Part shown: positions 1 through 10,369 of the stretch, one piece after another
Numbering within the stretch: position 1 is the stretch's first letter
Layout: each line of letters opens with the position of its first letter
Source: Spirochaetia bacterium
Lineage (GTDB): Bacteria; Spirochaetota; Spirochaetia; SZUA-6; Bin103
Assembly (NCBI GenBank): GCA_965203905.1
Contig: CBDBDQ010000005.1
Coordinates: 3,584,001-3,648,000, forward strand
DNA: 64,000 nt
Direction: 5' to 3'
The notes under the pieces: model-generated
Seen by the model: the letters and a program-made list of their open reading frames with translations, nothing else
Told to the model about the DNA's origin: nothing
The model's database searches: none
Program-made: the position numbers and the translations under genes

Positions 1-3000
1 AAGGCTGAGTGGAACTGGCAGGCGCCGGACAGTCAGAACCGTCTCGGCGGCATCCTGGTCGAGGTATCCGGCGCTGCCGACACTGTCGTTCGATTCTCCT
101 CCAGGACTGCGGACCTGGAGTTCACGATCGGCGCCCTGTTGCAGACCAGGGTGATTTCCCGCCACATCGGGCAGCGCTACAGCAACGTCGACCTGACCGC
201 CATGTTCGACGGCCACGATCCGCAGTTGGATCAGCCGCAGGACTCGCGGTTGCTCGCGGAGATCATCGGCCACCCCCGCAGGCTGATCCTGGCACGGGAC
301 TTTCGCGGGCCGATCCAGCGCTGGTGCTGTACCGATTGGGCCTGGGCAGTGCCCGGCGGCAGCGTGGAAGTGGACGTGCCGCGGGAAAATCGGGCGGACA
401 CCAGAGATGCCGATCGACGCTACCTGGCTGCGACTTTCATGTGTCTAGCGATTTCTTCGGCAAGAGACGAAACGATGGACGCCGTGATCGAGCGTGGGAG
501 CGCGCACCATCTCGGCAGGGCGGGCAGTGCAGTGATTCCGTACCGCGTATCCCTCAACGGCGTCGAGGTGCACTCCGCCGAGAGACGATTCGGCCATCCC
601 GCAAGAATCGGACTGGTGCAGGAGATACCCGTCGAGGTGCCGGAGACCGACCTCACCCGGGACGCCAACACGTTCACAGTGACGAACGGAAGCGACAGAC
701 ACTACCTCCTGCTGGGGCGGGTCTACCTTGAGCAACGGCTGGAGAAACCTTTCGAGGTGACCGCGTGTCCACGCTGGGTGCTGCTGAACCAGGAATTCAG
801 CGTCGAGCTCTCCTGCCGGGCGCAGTTGCCGGGGCTGGAGATAGAGAGTCCGCCGGGCGTGCAACTCGTGAAATCAGGGGCGCATCGGTTCAGCTTTGTT
901 GCGCGCCAGCCGCTGGCAGACGTGGAGATTCGGTTTCGCTCGGGAGCGTTGCGATGTTGCGCCCGAATCGAGCAGGTTGTGGCGTGCGAACAGGAGCGGT
1001 ATCCCATGCTGGTGGGCCTCGACGACACCACCTTGCGGCCGGTGGACTCGGACTATCGTGAACGTATCATCCGTAATATTCATGACAGCCAGATCGCCGA
1101 CATGTACGTCGGCCGGGTCCTCGGCGACCGCGAACGAGCCCTCGCGATCGCCAGGTATTGCCGCGATTACGGGATCTCGTTTCAGGTCGCGGACTCATGC
1201 CCGTTCGATCTGGCCAGCGAGATCCGGCGCCAGGCAGGCTCCTACTTCAAGGGCTATTACTGGTCGGAGTGTGACGGCTACCTGTGGGGATACGCAGCCA
1301 AGCCGCAGTATCACCGCAACAGCGTGCAGGAAAGTGAGCGCACCATGCGGACGGCCTACGAAGACTGCGTGGCGTACTTTCGGCGCATGGTGGACGCGGT
1401 CAGGGAGGTCGATACCGCACTGGGACCGTTGGTCCTGCTGTCGTCGGTGGTGCACAGTCAGGCCTGCGCGGCGGGCATGGAAACCACGTTGTCGCAGTTC
1501 AACAAGAGCAACAACGTGCTGTTGATTGCCGACGCCAGAGGGACCGCGCGCACCTACGGCAAGCCGTTCTGGGGAACCTACCAGGCGGAAGGCGGCCACG
1601 TGAATCCGGCGGGCGCACAGCACCTGCGGATGTGGTGGCTGTCGCTGTACCTGGCCTTTGTCGCCGGTGCTTCGCAAGTAAACGACGAGGAACACCTCTA
1701 CCATACCTGGCACCAGCGCCTGTACGGGCCGAGCGACAAGGTCACCCTGCTGCGGCGCGACATCATGCGGCGCTTCAACCGCTACGCCAAGACCCGTCCG
1801 CGCAGGGGGGAACTCCAGGTGAAGCAGGCGTGCCTCATCGGACGGTACGCCTGCGATGTGAATGACGGGCTGTCCCGGACCGACGACCTTGCCGCTCTGG
1901 CACCGCTGGTATGGCGCAACTTCGGCGGCACCGGTGAACAGTGGCGACCAGCGACCCCGGAATACGGACTGCGCTATCTCGATGTTTTCTTCCCTGGCGT
2001 ATGGCTCCACACGCTGGAACAATCGCCGGAAGGCGTCAGGCGGTGGTACGGCGGCACGCCGCACGGTGAGATCGAATTGATCCCCATCGATGCTCCCGCA
2101 GAGGTGCTCTCGCAGTTCAAGCTGCTGCTGCTGCTCGGCTGGAACACGATGGATGCGGAACAGTACGGCAAGCTGAAGGCCTACGTTGCCAGCGGCGGTA
2201 CCCTGTTCATGAGCGTTCCCCATGCCACGAAGAACGAATCGAGGGCTTTCTTGAACAACAACATGGAGCCCTTGAATCTGGTTCTGGAGGGCGACTTCGG
2301 CGACCTGTTCGGCACCAGGATCAAGGGGCGCGGAGGACGCCTGGTGCGAATCATGGCCGAGAAAGATGTCGCTGGCAATCCGGTCGCAGAGGTATATCAG
2401 CAGTCGGACAAGTTCCGTTACCCCTCCAGCGGACCGCTGCATGCCCCGGTTGACCTTGCCGACGTGGAGCTGTGCGGGGCCGAAGTGCTGGCGCGCGAGG
2501 CAGATTCCGGCGAGCCGATCCTGGTGCGAAACAGAGTGCACAAGGGAACCGCCTATCTGTTGTGCACGTTCGACTTCCCGGGCAATTCCTGTCTTGTCCC
2601 CCTGATGACCCCACTGATAAGAAACCTGTCATCGTCGCTCGACTGGCCGGTGGAACTGGATGATCCCAGCGGCGACGTGTACTACACCGTGCGCGATGAA
2701 GGCGACGGCACGACGCACCTGCATCTGCTCAACACGGATTGGTCCACCGCCGGTAACGTGAAACGGTGCCGCCTGCGTCTGGGAGACGACTGGATTGAGG
2801 CCGCAGTGGTTGAGGGCCGCCTCAGTGAAATTGTCTGGTGCGGAAACCTGGTCCTGTTGGTCGAAGACGAGAAGTTCCATGTCGATGCTGTTTCCGTTGG
2901 TGAAGACGGTTTCGAGATAGGGCTGCATGGCTACGGACGAGCAACGCTCAATATGGCTCTGCTCGACGGACGGGAGATCGATTTACTCACCTTTGCCGGT

Positions 3001-3108
3001 ACCCAGGTCAATCCGGTTGCAGATGATTCGTGGGTGGTCGTGGAGCTTGTCTTCGGCAAGAAAAGCGTCAGAAGGCTCAGCGGCACGATCAGGATCCATG
3101 ATGCGTGA
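1..3108 (+). CDS. Large hypothetical protein, possibly glycoside-hydrolase-like (5' end lies outside the window)
   Basis: Frame is open from base 1 to TGA 3108 (>1000 aa). Aromatic/acidic central domain and a C-terminal 'LLLLGWN...YVASGGTL' segment resembling a beta-galactosidase trimerisation-type domain. Function is a guess. Confidence 0.6.
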   Translation, partial: KAEWNWQAPDSQNRLGGILVEVSGAADTVVRFSSRTADLEFTIGALLQTRVISRHIGQRYSNVDLTAMFDGHDPQLDQPQDSRLLAEIIGHPRRLILARDFRGPIQRWCCTDWAWAVPGGSVEVDVPRENRADTRDADRRYLAATFMCLAISSARDETMDAVIERGSAHHLGRAGSAVIPYRVSLNGVEVHSAERRFGHPARIGLVQEIPVEVPETDLTRDANTFTVTNGSDRHYLLLGRVYLEQRLEKPFEVTACPRWVLLNQEFSVELSCRAQLPGLEIESPPGVQLVKSGAHRFSFVARQPLADVEIRFRSGALRCCARIEQVVACEQERYPMLVGLDDTTLRPVDSDYRERIIRNIHDSQIADMYVGRVLGDRERALAIARYCRDYGISFQVADSCPFDLASEIRRQAGSYFKGYYWSECDGYLWGYAAKPQYHRNSVQESERTMRTAYEDCVAYFRRMVDAVREVDTALGPLVLLSSVVHSQACAAGMETTLSQFNKSNNVLLIADARGTARTYGKPFWGTYQAEGGHVNPAGAQHLRMWWLSLYLAFVAGASQVNDEEHLYHTWHQRLYGPSDKVTLLRRDIMRRFNRYAKTRPRRGELQVKQACLIGRYACDVNDGLSRTDDLAALAPLVWRNFGGTGEQWRPATPEYGLRYLDVFFPGVWLHTLEQSPEGVRRWYGGTPHGEIELIPIDAPAEVLSQFKLLLLLGWNTMDAEQYGKLKAYVASGGTLFMSVPHATKNESRAFLNNNMEPLNLVLEGDFGDLFGTRIKGRGGRLVRIMAEKDVAGNPVAEVYQQSDKFRYPSSGPLHAPVDLADVELCGAEVLAREADSGEPILVRNRVHKGTAYLLCTFDFPGNSCLVPLMTPLIRNLSSSLDWPVELDDPSGDVYYTVRDEGDGTTHLHLLNTDWSTAGNVKRCRLRLGDDWIEAAVVEGRLSEIVWCGNLVLLVEDEKFHVDAVSVGEDGFEIGLHGYGRATLNMALLDGREIDLLTFAGTQVNPVADDSWVVVELVFGKKSVRRLSGTIRIHDA

Positions 3109-3171
3109 CAGCACCATGGCACCGGTGTTGCGGCGGCCTGGAGGAACGGTAGCTGAAGGAGGAACGGAATC

Positions 3172-5607
3172 GTGCGGAGCTTGAGAATCGCCTACAACGA
3201 GCGGCAGGAGCCGCTGGAAGTGCTGCTGCGGACCATCGACCGGCCTGGAGAGTACTGGATGCAGGATCGGCTGCTGGCGCCGATGCCGCGCATCGAGGTG
3301 GAAGGGGCGCGCTCACTCTCCTTCCCGATCACCGAAGGGCAGGCGCGTTCGCTGGCCGCGGTGGCGGAGCCGGCGCCCTACGGCAGGGGTGAGCAGACGC
3401 TGGTGGACAGCTCCGTTCGTGCGTGCCGGCAGATCGATGCGGCGCAGGTGCGCATCACCGGCGGCGCGTGGTGGGATACGCTGGCGCAGGTGGTCGGACT
3501 GGCGGCAGCGGGACTCGGCTGCCCTCCCGAGCACACATCCGGCCAGTTGTACAAGCTGCTGGTGTACGAGCCGGGCGGATTCTTCGCCCCGCATCGGGAC
3601 ACCGAGAAGGTGGACGGCATGGTCGCCACGCTGGTGGTGTCGCTGCCGGTGGCGGGCACCGGCGGCGAGCTGGTCATCCGGCACCGCGAGCGACAGGCAG
3701 TCGTCGACCTGCGCACCGACGAGCCCTCCGAGCTCGCATTCGCCGCGTTCTACGCTGACTGCGTCCACGAAATACGCCCGGTTACCGCCGGCCACCGCAT
3801 CGTCCTCGTCTACCATCTGGTGGTGCGCGCCGCCGCCGCCGCGGTGTTGCGGGCCGCGCCCGACTTCGGCCAGCAGGAGGAACAGATCGCGGCCCAACTC
3901 AGGAACTGGGAAGCGACGTCGGCGGCGGGCGACAAGCTGGTCTGGCTGCTGGAGCATCAATACAGCGAAGCGGGCCTGTCGTTCGACGTGCTGAAGAACG
4001 CCGACGCGGCGCTCGGCGGTGTCCTCGCCCGGGCGGCGCGGCAGGCGAATCATGCGCTGTACGCGGCCATTCTCAGCATCTACGAGTCGGGTACCGTGGA
4101 CGATTCGGGCGACTTCCCGTCTTGGGACGACCCCGAGGACTACGACTGGGACGACGAGGACTGGGACGACGAGCAGATCGATTCCACTCGTGAGCTGTTC
4201 GGACTGGTCGCTCCCGACGGTTCGCGGCCCGACTACGGCGCGCTTCCGCTGCTGGAGGGCGAACTGCTTCCTTCCGGGGCGCTGGATGGAGCAGAGCCCG
4301 ACCACGAGGACAGCCGCGTGACGGGCAACGAAGGCGTCCAGCTCTCGCGCAGCTATCGCCGCGCGGTCCTCGTGCTGTGGCCGCGGGGAAGGACGCTGGG
4401 GACCTTGGCCCGCGGCGAAATCGAGCGCGCCATCGCCTGGTTCGCCGACGAACTGGCGCGGCAGGAGCACGATTCGGGCGCACGTCGCCACCTGTGCGGC
4501 CTCGCCGCTCAGCTCATCGACACCTGGCCGGCTCCGGACCCGGTGCGGTTCTATCGTCGCCATGACACCGACGGAGCGCAGCAGGGATTCCGGGAAGCGT
4601 TGCGCCTGCTGCGCCGCCTTGGGGACGAGGCCACGACCCGGCGCTTTCTGCGCGAGGTCGCCATCCCGCATTACAGCGGCGGCGCCAATGACGAACTGCT
4701 GGCGACGGCGAAGGTGGTCGCTCCCGCAACCCTGCAAGCCTGGCTGCCGAAGTTCACGGCGGTGAATCTTCCAAACTTCCCGGAGGGCGTTCTCGAACTA
4801 CTCTGGCGCCTGTGTCCGCACGCAGATTCGCCCGGCGAACCGGATCGGCGCCGGCGGCCCGCGCTGGCCGCCGCGGCGCGCGCCGCCTGCCGGGTGCTGC
4901 CGGCGGTGGTCGGCGAGGCGCCCGCCGACGAGCATTCCCTGGACTTCCACCCGGCGTCGTTGCGCGTCCGGCCGCTGAGCGCGCACGCGATCCGTGCCCT
5001 GCTGGGGTTCATCCGGTATTGCGCACCGGCCGCGGCGGCGGACGAGGTGGCCGCGCTGCTGGTACGGCGACCGGCCGCGGCGCCGCCGGACCGCGCCCTG
5101 CCGCAGGCGCTGGCGGAGCTGACGCAGCAGGGACGCATGACTGGCGACGCGGCCGAGCCCGCCGGGTTCGCGACCCTGTGGCGGCACGCGGCAGGTTTTC
5201 TGTTGCTACGCAGCGCGGTGCCGCCGGAGGAACCGCGCGACTGGGTGATCGAGACCCGGATCGCGTGTGACTGCGAGCTCTGCGCACGGCTGCAGGCGTT
5301 CTGCGCCGACCCGGCGGCCACCACGGTGCAGTTCAGAATGCGGCAGGACCTGCGCTCGCACGTCGAGTCGACCATCACCGGCCTGCAACTGGACATCGAC
5401 CGGAAGACCGAGCGCAAGGGCAGTCCGCACACCCTGATCTGCACCAAGAACCGCGCCACCTACGAGCGCCGTTGCGCGGAGTACGCCGCGGACATCGCCC
5501 ACATGCGGATGCTGGCGGACGCGGCCCCGCGCAGTGAAACAGACTCCGGCGCGGCGGAAGATCTGCAGCGGTTGCGCGCGGCGATTGCGCGATCCAGTAG
5601 TCGATGA
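3172..5607 (+). CDS. 2OG-Fe(II) oxygenase with long helical C-terminus
   Basis: LYKLLVYEPGGFFAPHRDTEK (HxD), HEIRPVTAGHRIVLVY (distal H and R); C-terminal CDCELC motif; GGAGG upstream of the GTG start. Confidence 0.85.
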   Translation: MRSLRIAYNERQEPLEVLLRTIDRPGEYWMQDRLLAPMPRIEVEGARSLSFPITEGQARSLAAVAEPAPYGRGEQTLVDSSVRACRQIDAAQVRITGGAWWDTLAQVVGLAAAGLGCPPEHTSGQLYKLLVYEPGGFFAPHRDTEKVDGMVATLVVSLPVAGTGGELVIRHRERQAVVDLRTDEPSELAFAAFYADCVHEIRPVTAGHRIVLVYHLVVRAAAAAVLRAAPDFGQQEEQIAAQLRNWEATSAAGDKLVWLLEHQYSEAGLSFDVLKNADAALGGVLARAARQANHALYAAILSIYESGTVDDSGDFPSWDDPEDYDWDDEDWDDEQIDSTRELFGLVAPDGSRPDYGALPLLEGELLPSGALDGAEPDHEDSRVTGNEGVQLSRSYRRAVLVLWPRGRTLGTLARGEIERAIAWFADELARQEHDSGARRHLCGLAAQLIDTWPAPDPVRFYRRHDTDGAQQGFREALRLLRRLGDEATTRRFLREVAIPHYSGGANDELLATAKVVAPATLQAWLPKFTAVNLPNFPEGVLELLWRLCPHADSPGEPDRRRRPALAAAARAACRVLPAVVGEAPADEHSLDFHPASLRVRPLSAHAIRALLGFIRYCAPAAAADEVAALLVRRPAAAPPDRALPQALAELTQQGRMTGDAAEPAGFATLWRHAAGFLLLRSAVPPEEPRDWVIETRIACDCELCARLQAFCADPAATTVQFRMRQDLRSHVESTITGLQLDIDRKTERKGSPHTLICTKNRATYERRCAEYAADIAHMRMLADAAPRSETDSGAAEDLQRLRAAIARSSSR

Positions 5608-5659
5608 TCTCGGCCAGGTCCCGAGCGGCATCTTCGGTCAACTGGACTTGGAAGGCCAT
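5597..5659 (-). pseudogene. ParE/RelE toxin remnant (about 21 N-terminal codons)
   Basis: MAFQVQLTEDAARDLAEIIDY is a typical ParE N-terminus and its start overlaps the antitoxin stop. Homology ends where it meets the 3' end of the oxygenase gene. Confidence 0.75.
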
Positions 5660-5934
5660 CAGCCGGCCGGGCAACGCTCCCGAATCTGGGCCACGACATC
5701 GGCGGCGGGTCGCACCTGGCCGGCATCGATCTGCCGGTTTCCGAGTGCCAGCATCTTCAGCAGCGCAACTGTCTCCTGCATCTGCTCGTAGCTGTCGATG
5801 CTCTGCATCACCGCCTTGGCTTCGCCATTCTGGGTGATGATCAACGGCTCGGGTTGGGCCGCTATGGTACGCACGAGCTCTGCTGCGTGCGCCTTCAGGT
5901 AGCTGATCGGCTTGATCTGACGAGAGAGTCTCAT
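5659..5934 (-). CDS. Phd/YefM family antitoxin
   Basis: MRLSRQIKPISYLKAHAAELV...PLIITQNGEAKAVM; GAGG Shine-Dalgarno; 91 aa. Confidence 0.9.
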   Translation of the reverse strand: MRLSRQIKPISYLKAHAAELVRTIAAQPEPLIITQNGEAKAVMQSIDSYEQMQETVALLKMLALGNRQIDAGQVRPAADVVAQIRERCPAG

Positions 5935-6011
5935 GCAGCGTCCTCGGTAGACTGAATGTGGTCCATATTCAGGCAGGATTGTCACCGGCTGCGGCGCGAG
6001 CCTCGCGCCGG

Positions 6012-7232
6012 TCAGTCGACGAGGGCCTGGTAGATGAGGGGCTTGAGGCGGCGGCGGAGCACGCGGGGCGGGCTGGCGGGGATGGCGCCGGAGTGGGTGA
6101 GCTGCGCGAACAGGATGACGCTCAGCTCCTCGAGGGGGTCGACCCAGAAGTAGGTGCCGGCCAGGCCGCCCCAGGCGAACTGGCCGGGGGAGTCGATCAC
6201 GTTGGCCGCGGCGGGGTCGAGGGCGACCGAGAAGCCGAGGCCGAAGCCGACGCCGGCGAACGGGGTTTCGCTGAACACCGGCTGTCCCATGGCGGCCAGG
6301 TCGCGGTTGCCGGGCAGGTGGTTGCAGGTCATGTATTCGACCGTCTTGCGGCCGAGCAAGCGGACGCCGTCCAGCTCGCCCTTGCCCAGCAGCATGTCGG
6401 CGAAGCGCCGGTAGTCGTCGATGGTCGAGACCATGCCGCCGCCGCCGGAGAGCATGGCGGGCGGAGCGAGGTAGCGGCTGGTGGCCGGGTCGTCGGTGAG
6501 GCAGTAGGCGGGGGCGCCCGGCTCGGCGGTCTCGCACTCGTAACAGGCGGCGAACCGACCGGCTTGGTCCGCGGGCACGGTGAAGCCGCTGTCGCGCATC
6601 CCCAGCGGCCCGGTGACGTGCTCGGCGATGTACTCGTCCAGCGGCCTGCCCGAGAGCACCTGCACCAGGTAGCCGACCACGTCGGTGGACATGCCGTACT
6701 GCCAGCGCGTGCCCGGCGAGAACTGCAGCGGCAACTCGCCGAGCGTGGCGATCACCGTCTCCAGCGAATCGTCGGCGGCGATGCGGGCCCGGTACAGCGC
6801 GTCCACCGGGTGGCTGTGCATGAAGCCGTAGGTGAGACCGGAAGTATGGGTGAGCAGGTCCTTGACGATCACCGCTCGGTCCGGCTCGCGCGTCCGGTAG
6901 TCGTGCTCGTCGCCGTCCGCGAACACCTGCAGGCGCTCCCAGGAGGGGATGTAGCGGCTCACGGGATCGTCCAACTGGAACGCGCCCCGCTCGTAGAGCT
7001 GCATCAGGGCCACGCTCGCGATCGGCTTGGTCATAGAGTAGATACGCACGATGGCGTCGCGCTCGAAACGCCGCCCGCGTTCCACGTCCATCAGGCCGCC
7101 GGCGAGAAACAGCGCTTCCCGGCCGCGCTGGGAGATCAGCAGCAGGTAGCCCGGCAGCTCGCCGTCGTCGACGTAGCGGCGCAGGACCGGCTCGATCCGG
7201 GCGAGCCGCTGATCGGAGAGTCCGTAAGCCAC
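6012..7232 (-). CDS. Serine hydrolase, beta-lactamase/class C esterase family
   Basis: SMTK (SxxK), LLTHTSG, PGTRWQYG, WGG motifs. Start approximate. Confidence 0.9.
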   Translation of the reverse strand: MAYGLSDQRLARIEPVLRRYVDDGELPGYLLLISQRGREALFLAGGLMDVERGRRFERDAIVRIYSMTKPIASVALMQLYERGAFQLDDPVSRYIPSWERLQVFADGDEHDYRTREPDRAVIVKDLLTHTSGLTYGFMHSHPVDALYRARIAADDSLETVIATLGELPLQFSPGTRWQYGMSTDVVGYLVQVLSGRPLDEYIAEHVTGPLGMRDSGFTVPADQAGRFAACYECETAEPGAPAYCLTDDPATSRYLAPPAMLSGGGGMVSTIDDYRRFADMLLGKGELDGVRLLGRKTVEYMTCNHLPGNRDLAAMGQPVFSETPFAGVGFGLGFSVALDPAAANVIDSPGQFAWGGLAGTYFWVDPLEELSVILFAQLTHSGAIPASPPRVLRRRLKPLIYQALVD

Positions 7233-7237
7233 GGCGG

Positions 7238-9796
7238 TCAGTGGGGTAGGTAGGCGTCGTGGATCTGCTCGGCGGCGACTCCTTCGGCGATCCAGCGGTC
7301 GATTTGAATGTCGTCGTGGCCCAGCTCGTGCAGGATCTCGCGGGTGTGGCTGCCGATCTTGGGCATCGGGTTGGTGAGGCGTAGCGAGGTGCCGGCTAAG
7401 CGCGCGTACGTGGGCGCCGGGTTGTCGACCGGGCTGCCAGCCGGGTGGTCGAGCAGGCGAATCACCGAAATCGACTCCCCGTCGCTCCACGAAGCGCGTT
7501 CGGCGTCGGTCAGCTCGCGCAGGCCGGTGCGGCGCAGGTCCTCGATGCAGTGGACGCGGTGGCAGCCGAACCCGGCGCCGTTGAACGCCCGTTCCCAATG
7601 GGCCAGCGGCTGCTCCGCGATGGCGGCCTGCAGCGCGGCGATGCGCGCCGGCTCAGCGGAAGGCTCGACCGGCGCCGCGGCCAGCTCCGGAATCCCGCGC
7701 AGCCGCGGCAGGTCCTCCGGCAGGCCGGTCAGCATCAGCCAGCCGTCGGCGGCGCGGTAGAGGTGCTCCAGGGAGTGCGCGCCGGGCGACTCCTGTCCCT
7801 GAGGGCCGTCGTCGGGCCGCGCCTCGGCGGTAGCCCACGCGAACGGGGCCTGCACCAGTTGTCCGCCTTGGGCGAGAGAAGTGAAGACCAGGTCGCCGCC
7901 ACCTTCGCGCTTGCGCCGCAGCAGGGCCAGGGCGATGCCGTAGCTGCCCGAGTAGCCGGTCAGGTAGTCGATGCAGGAGGCGAAGCCGTGCAACTCCGGC
8001 GGCTCGCCGGGCCCGCCGTAACGGCTCATGATGCCGGTGGCCGCCTGCAGCACGGGGTCGAAGCCGGGCAGCTCGGTCCAGGGCCCGCGCCGCGGACCGT
8101 TGAAAGCGGTCAGGTTGAGGTAGACGATATCGGGGTTGATGCGCGCCACGCTGGCGTAGTCGATGCCGAGCCGCTCGGCGACGCCGGGACGGAAGTTGTG
8201 CACGATCACGTCGGCGCCGGCGGCCAGTTGCTCGAACAGGCGCCTGCCCGCCTCCCGCTTGAGGTCCAGGATCATGCTGCGTTTGCCCTGGCCTACCTCC
8301 ACGTGCAGCATGCACGCGGTGCTGGGGGTGAAGTAGGGATCGGGTGCATCGATCTTGATCACCTCGGCGCCGTACTCCGCCAGGGTGCGGGCGCTGCAGG
8401 GGCCGGCCAGCACGGTGGACAGGTCGAGCACCTTGAGCCCCGTGAGGATGGGCGCCGTTCGTGAGCCGGATTGTGCGCCATCACCGTTGGCACCGGGCCC
8501 GTTCGCGGCCGCGGCGGCGGCCGCGCGCTCGGCGCTGTCCGCCAGCAAAGCGGTGAGGTCGGCGGGCCGGGCCGGCCGCGGAAGGTGCCAGCGAGGGTCG
8601 GTGCGCCCCACCGAGGTCTGTACTCCGAGCTGGCGAATCGCGCCATGTACCGGGTCCTCCACCTCCACGGTGAGCGCGGCGGCGTCGGTTTCCGGCCGCT
8701 GCAACCACTCCTGCGTAGTGCGGTGGACGGTGAATGGTACCCCGTGCTCGCGCATGACCGGCGTCCACGCGTCGGCCGGCCGCTGCCGGAAGGCGTCCGC
8801 AATCCGGTCCCGGACCGCCAGCTTCCATTGCTTCGACAGGCCGTCGATGTCCTGCAGGTTGTTGGGCCGGGTGAGGTCGGCGTAGGGCGGCAGATCGACC
8901 ATGCCCTCGGCCAGCAGCCGGTCGTAGATGCCGAGCGCCTTGACGAGCTGCACCGAGTTGCGGCGGCTGTTGCCGGCGAGCAGGAACACCCAGACGCCGT
9001 CGCCCGCCTGGTAGCTTTCGAACATCGGCGGTTGCAAGGGGCGCAGCCGGTCGATCAGGCGGCGGCGCTCGGCCGCGTCGGCCTGGCACATCCGCTCGCG
9101 CAGCTCGTCGTTGGCCGGGTTGGGACGCTTGCCGTAGCGTGCCGGCGGATCCGCCACGCGTAGCAGGAAGGCGCCCATGGCCGACATCGCTGCGCCGGCC
9201 AGCGGCACCTCGATCACCTCGCCGCGGCCGCTCTCCTCGCGGGCGTAGAGCCCCAGGGTCACCGCCAGCGCGCCGTGGACGGCGCCGTAGGCGGACGCGA
9301 GCGGGATCGGCGTGTACTGCGGCGGCGCCTCCAGCTCGCGGCGGATCGCGTGCAGGTCGGTGAACAGGCCGGTGGCGGCGCCCAGCACCCCTTCGAAGGC
9401 GCGCAGCGACGCGCGTTCCTCGCCGGCGCCGAAGCCGGGCAACGACAGGTACACCAGCCGCGGGTTGGCCGCCGTCATGGCGGCCGGTCCCAGTCCCAGG
9501 CGCTGCATCACGCCGGGGCGGAAGTTCTCTATCACCACGTCCGCCCCGGCCACCAGTTGTAGGGCGGCGTCGCGGCCGGCGGCGCTCTTCAGGTCCAGCT
9601 CCAGCACCTGCTTGCCGCGGTTGAACACCGCGCCCGCGGGGGTGGCGCAGGAGGGGTGGCCGGGGCGATCCACCTTGATCACCTCGGCGCCCTGGTCCGC
9701 CAGCAGCATGCCGGCCAGCGGACCCGCGAGGTAGTGGCCAAAGTCTATGACCCGATAGCCCGCCAGCGGCGGGAGGTCCCCTGTCGATGCCGTCAC
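7238..9796 (-). CDS. Double-domain family III (CaiB/BaiF) CoA-transferase
   Basis: Two repeats of 'LxGxxVxD...AGP...LA.xGAEVIK.D' and 'ADVxxxNFRPG'. Confidence 0.9.
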   Translation of the reverse strand: MTASTGDLPPLAGYRVIDFGHYLAGPLAGMLLADQGAEVIKVDRPGHPSCATPAGAVFNRGKQVLELDLKSAAGRDAALQLVAGADVVIENFRPGVMQRLGLGPAAMTAANPRLVYLSLPGFGAGEERASLRAFEGVLGAATGLFTDLHAIRRELEAPPQYTPIPLASAYGAVHGALAVTLGLYAREESGRGEVIEVPLAGAAMSAMGAFLLRVADPPARYGKRPNPANDELRERMCQADAAERRRLIDRLRPLQPPMFESYQAGDGVWVFLLAGNSRRNSVQLVKALGIYDRLLAEGMVDLPPYADLTRPNNLQDIDGLSKQWKLAVRDRIADAFRQRPADAWTPVMREHGVPFTVHRTTQEWLQRPETDAAALTVEVEDPVHGAIRQLGVQTSVGRTDPRWHLPRPARPADLTALLADSAERAAAAAAANGPGANGDGAQSGSRTAPILTGLKVLDLSTVLAGPCSARTLAEYGAEVIKIDAPDPYFTPSTACMLHVEVGQGKRSMILDLKREAGRRLFEQLAAGADVIVHNFRPGVAERLGIDYASVARINPDIVYLNLTAFNGPRRGPWTELPGFDPVLQAATGIMSRYGGPGEPPELHGFASCIDYLTGYSGSYGIALALLRRKREGGGDLVFTSLAQGGQLVQAPFAWATAEARPDDGPQGQESPGAHSLEHLYRAADGWLMLTGLPEDLPRLRGIPELAAAPVEPSAEPARIAALQAAIAEQPLAHWERAFNGAGFGCHRVHCIEDLRRTGLRELTDAERASWSDGESISVIRLLDHPAGSPVDNPAPTYARLAGTSLRLTNPMPKIGSHTREILHELGHDDIQIDRWIAEGVAAEQIHDAYLPH

Positions 9797-10369
9797 GGCT
9801 CCGGAGCATAGCCAGACGCGGCGCAGGTGTCGAGGTTGCCCTCGTGGTGCGAGCGGCGCGCCGGCCACCAGCGCGGGCCGCCGGCCTGCTCGCGGAGCGA
9901 CGAATCCACACGAAGTGAGTGCGGTGCCGATCCTGTTGCTCCACGACGTGCTGCTGGAGGCTGACCAGGGAGCGCCGGCCGGCGGGATAGGCTATGGTCG
10001 CGCCACCATGGAAGAACGGGGTGACGAGTGCGCCCGAGACTGCGGCCGGGTTCGTCTCGATGGCGGTGTTGGCGCAACTTACCGACACGATCTTCGGCCG
10101 ACGGATCGCGGCGGCGATGCAGCAGGCAACCCGCGCCCCGCTGTCCGCCGACGACAAGAAATCCGCAGAAAGTTGCAGAAAACACTTGACGCCTTCTGAT
10201 GCGCTCATGGCGGCCTTCTACGGGCCGTTCCGCCGCTTCCGACTCTCCAGAAAACACTTCGCGCCCGCTGGCTCGATAGCGCCCCGCTACGCCCGTCCTG
10301 AGCCATCTCCGAAACCCGTCCGAGACCTGGAAGTTCGTGGCATTTTCAATCCAGTGGTATATTTACGCC

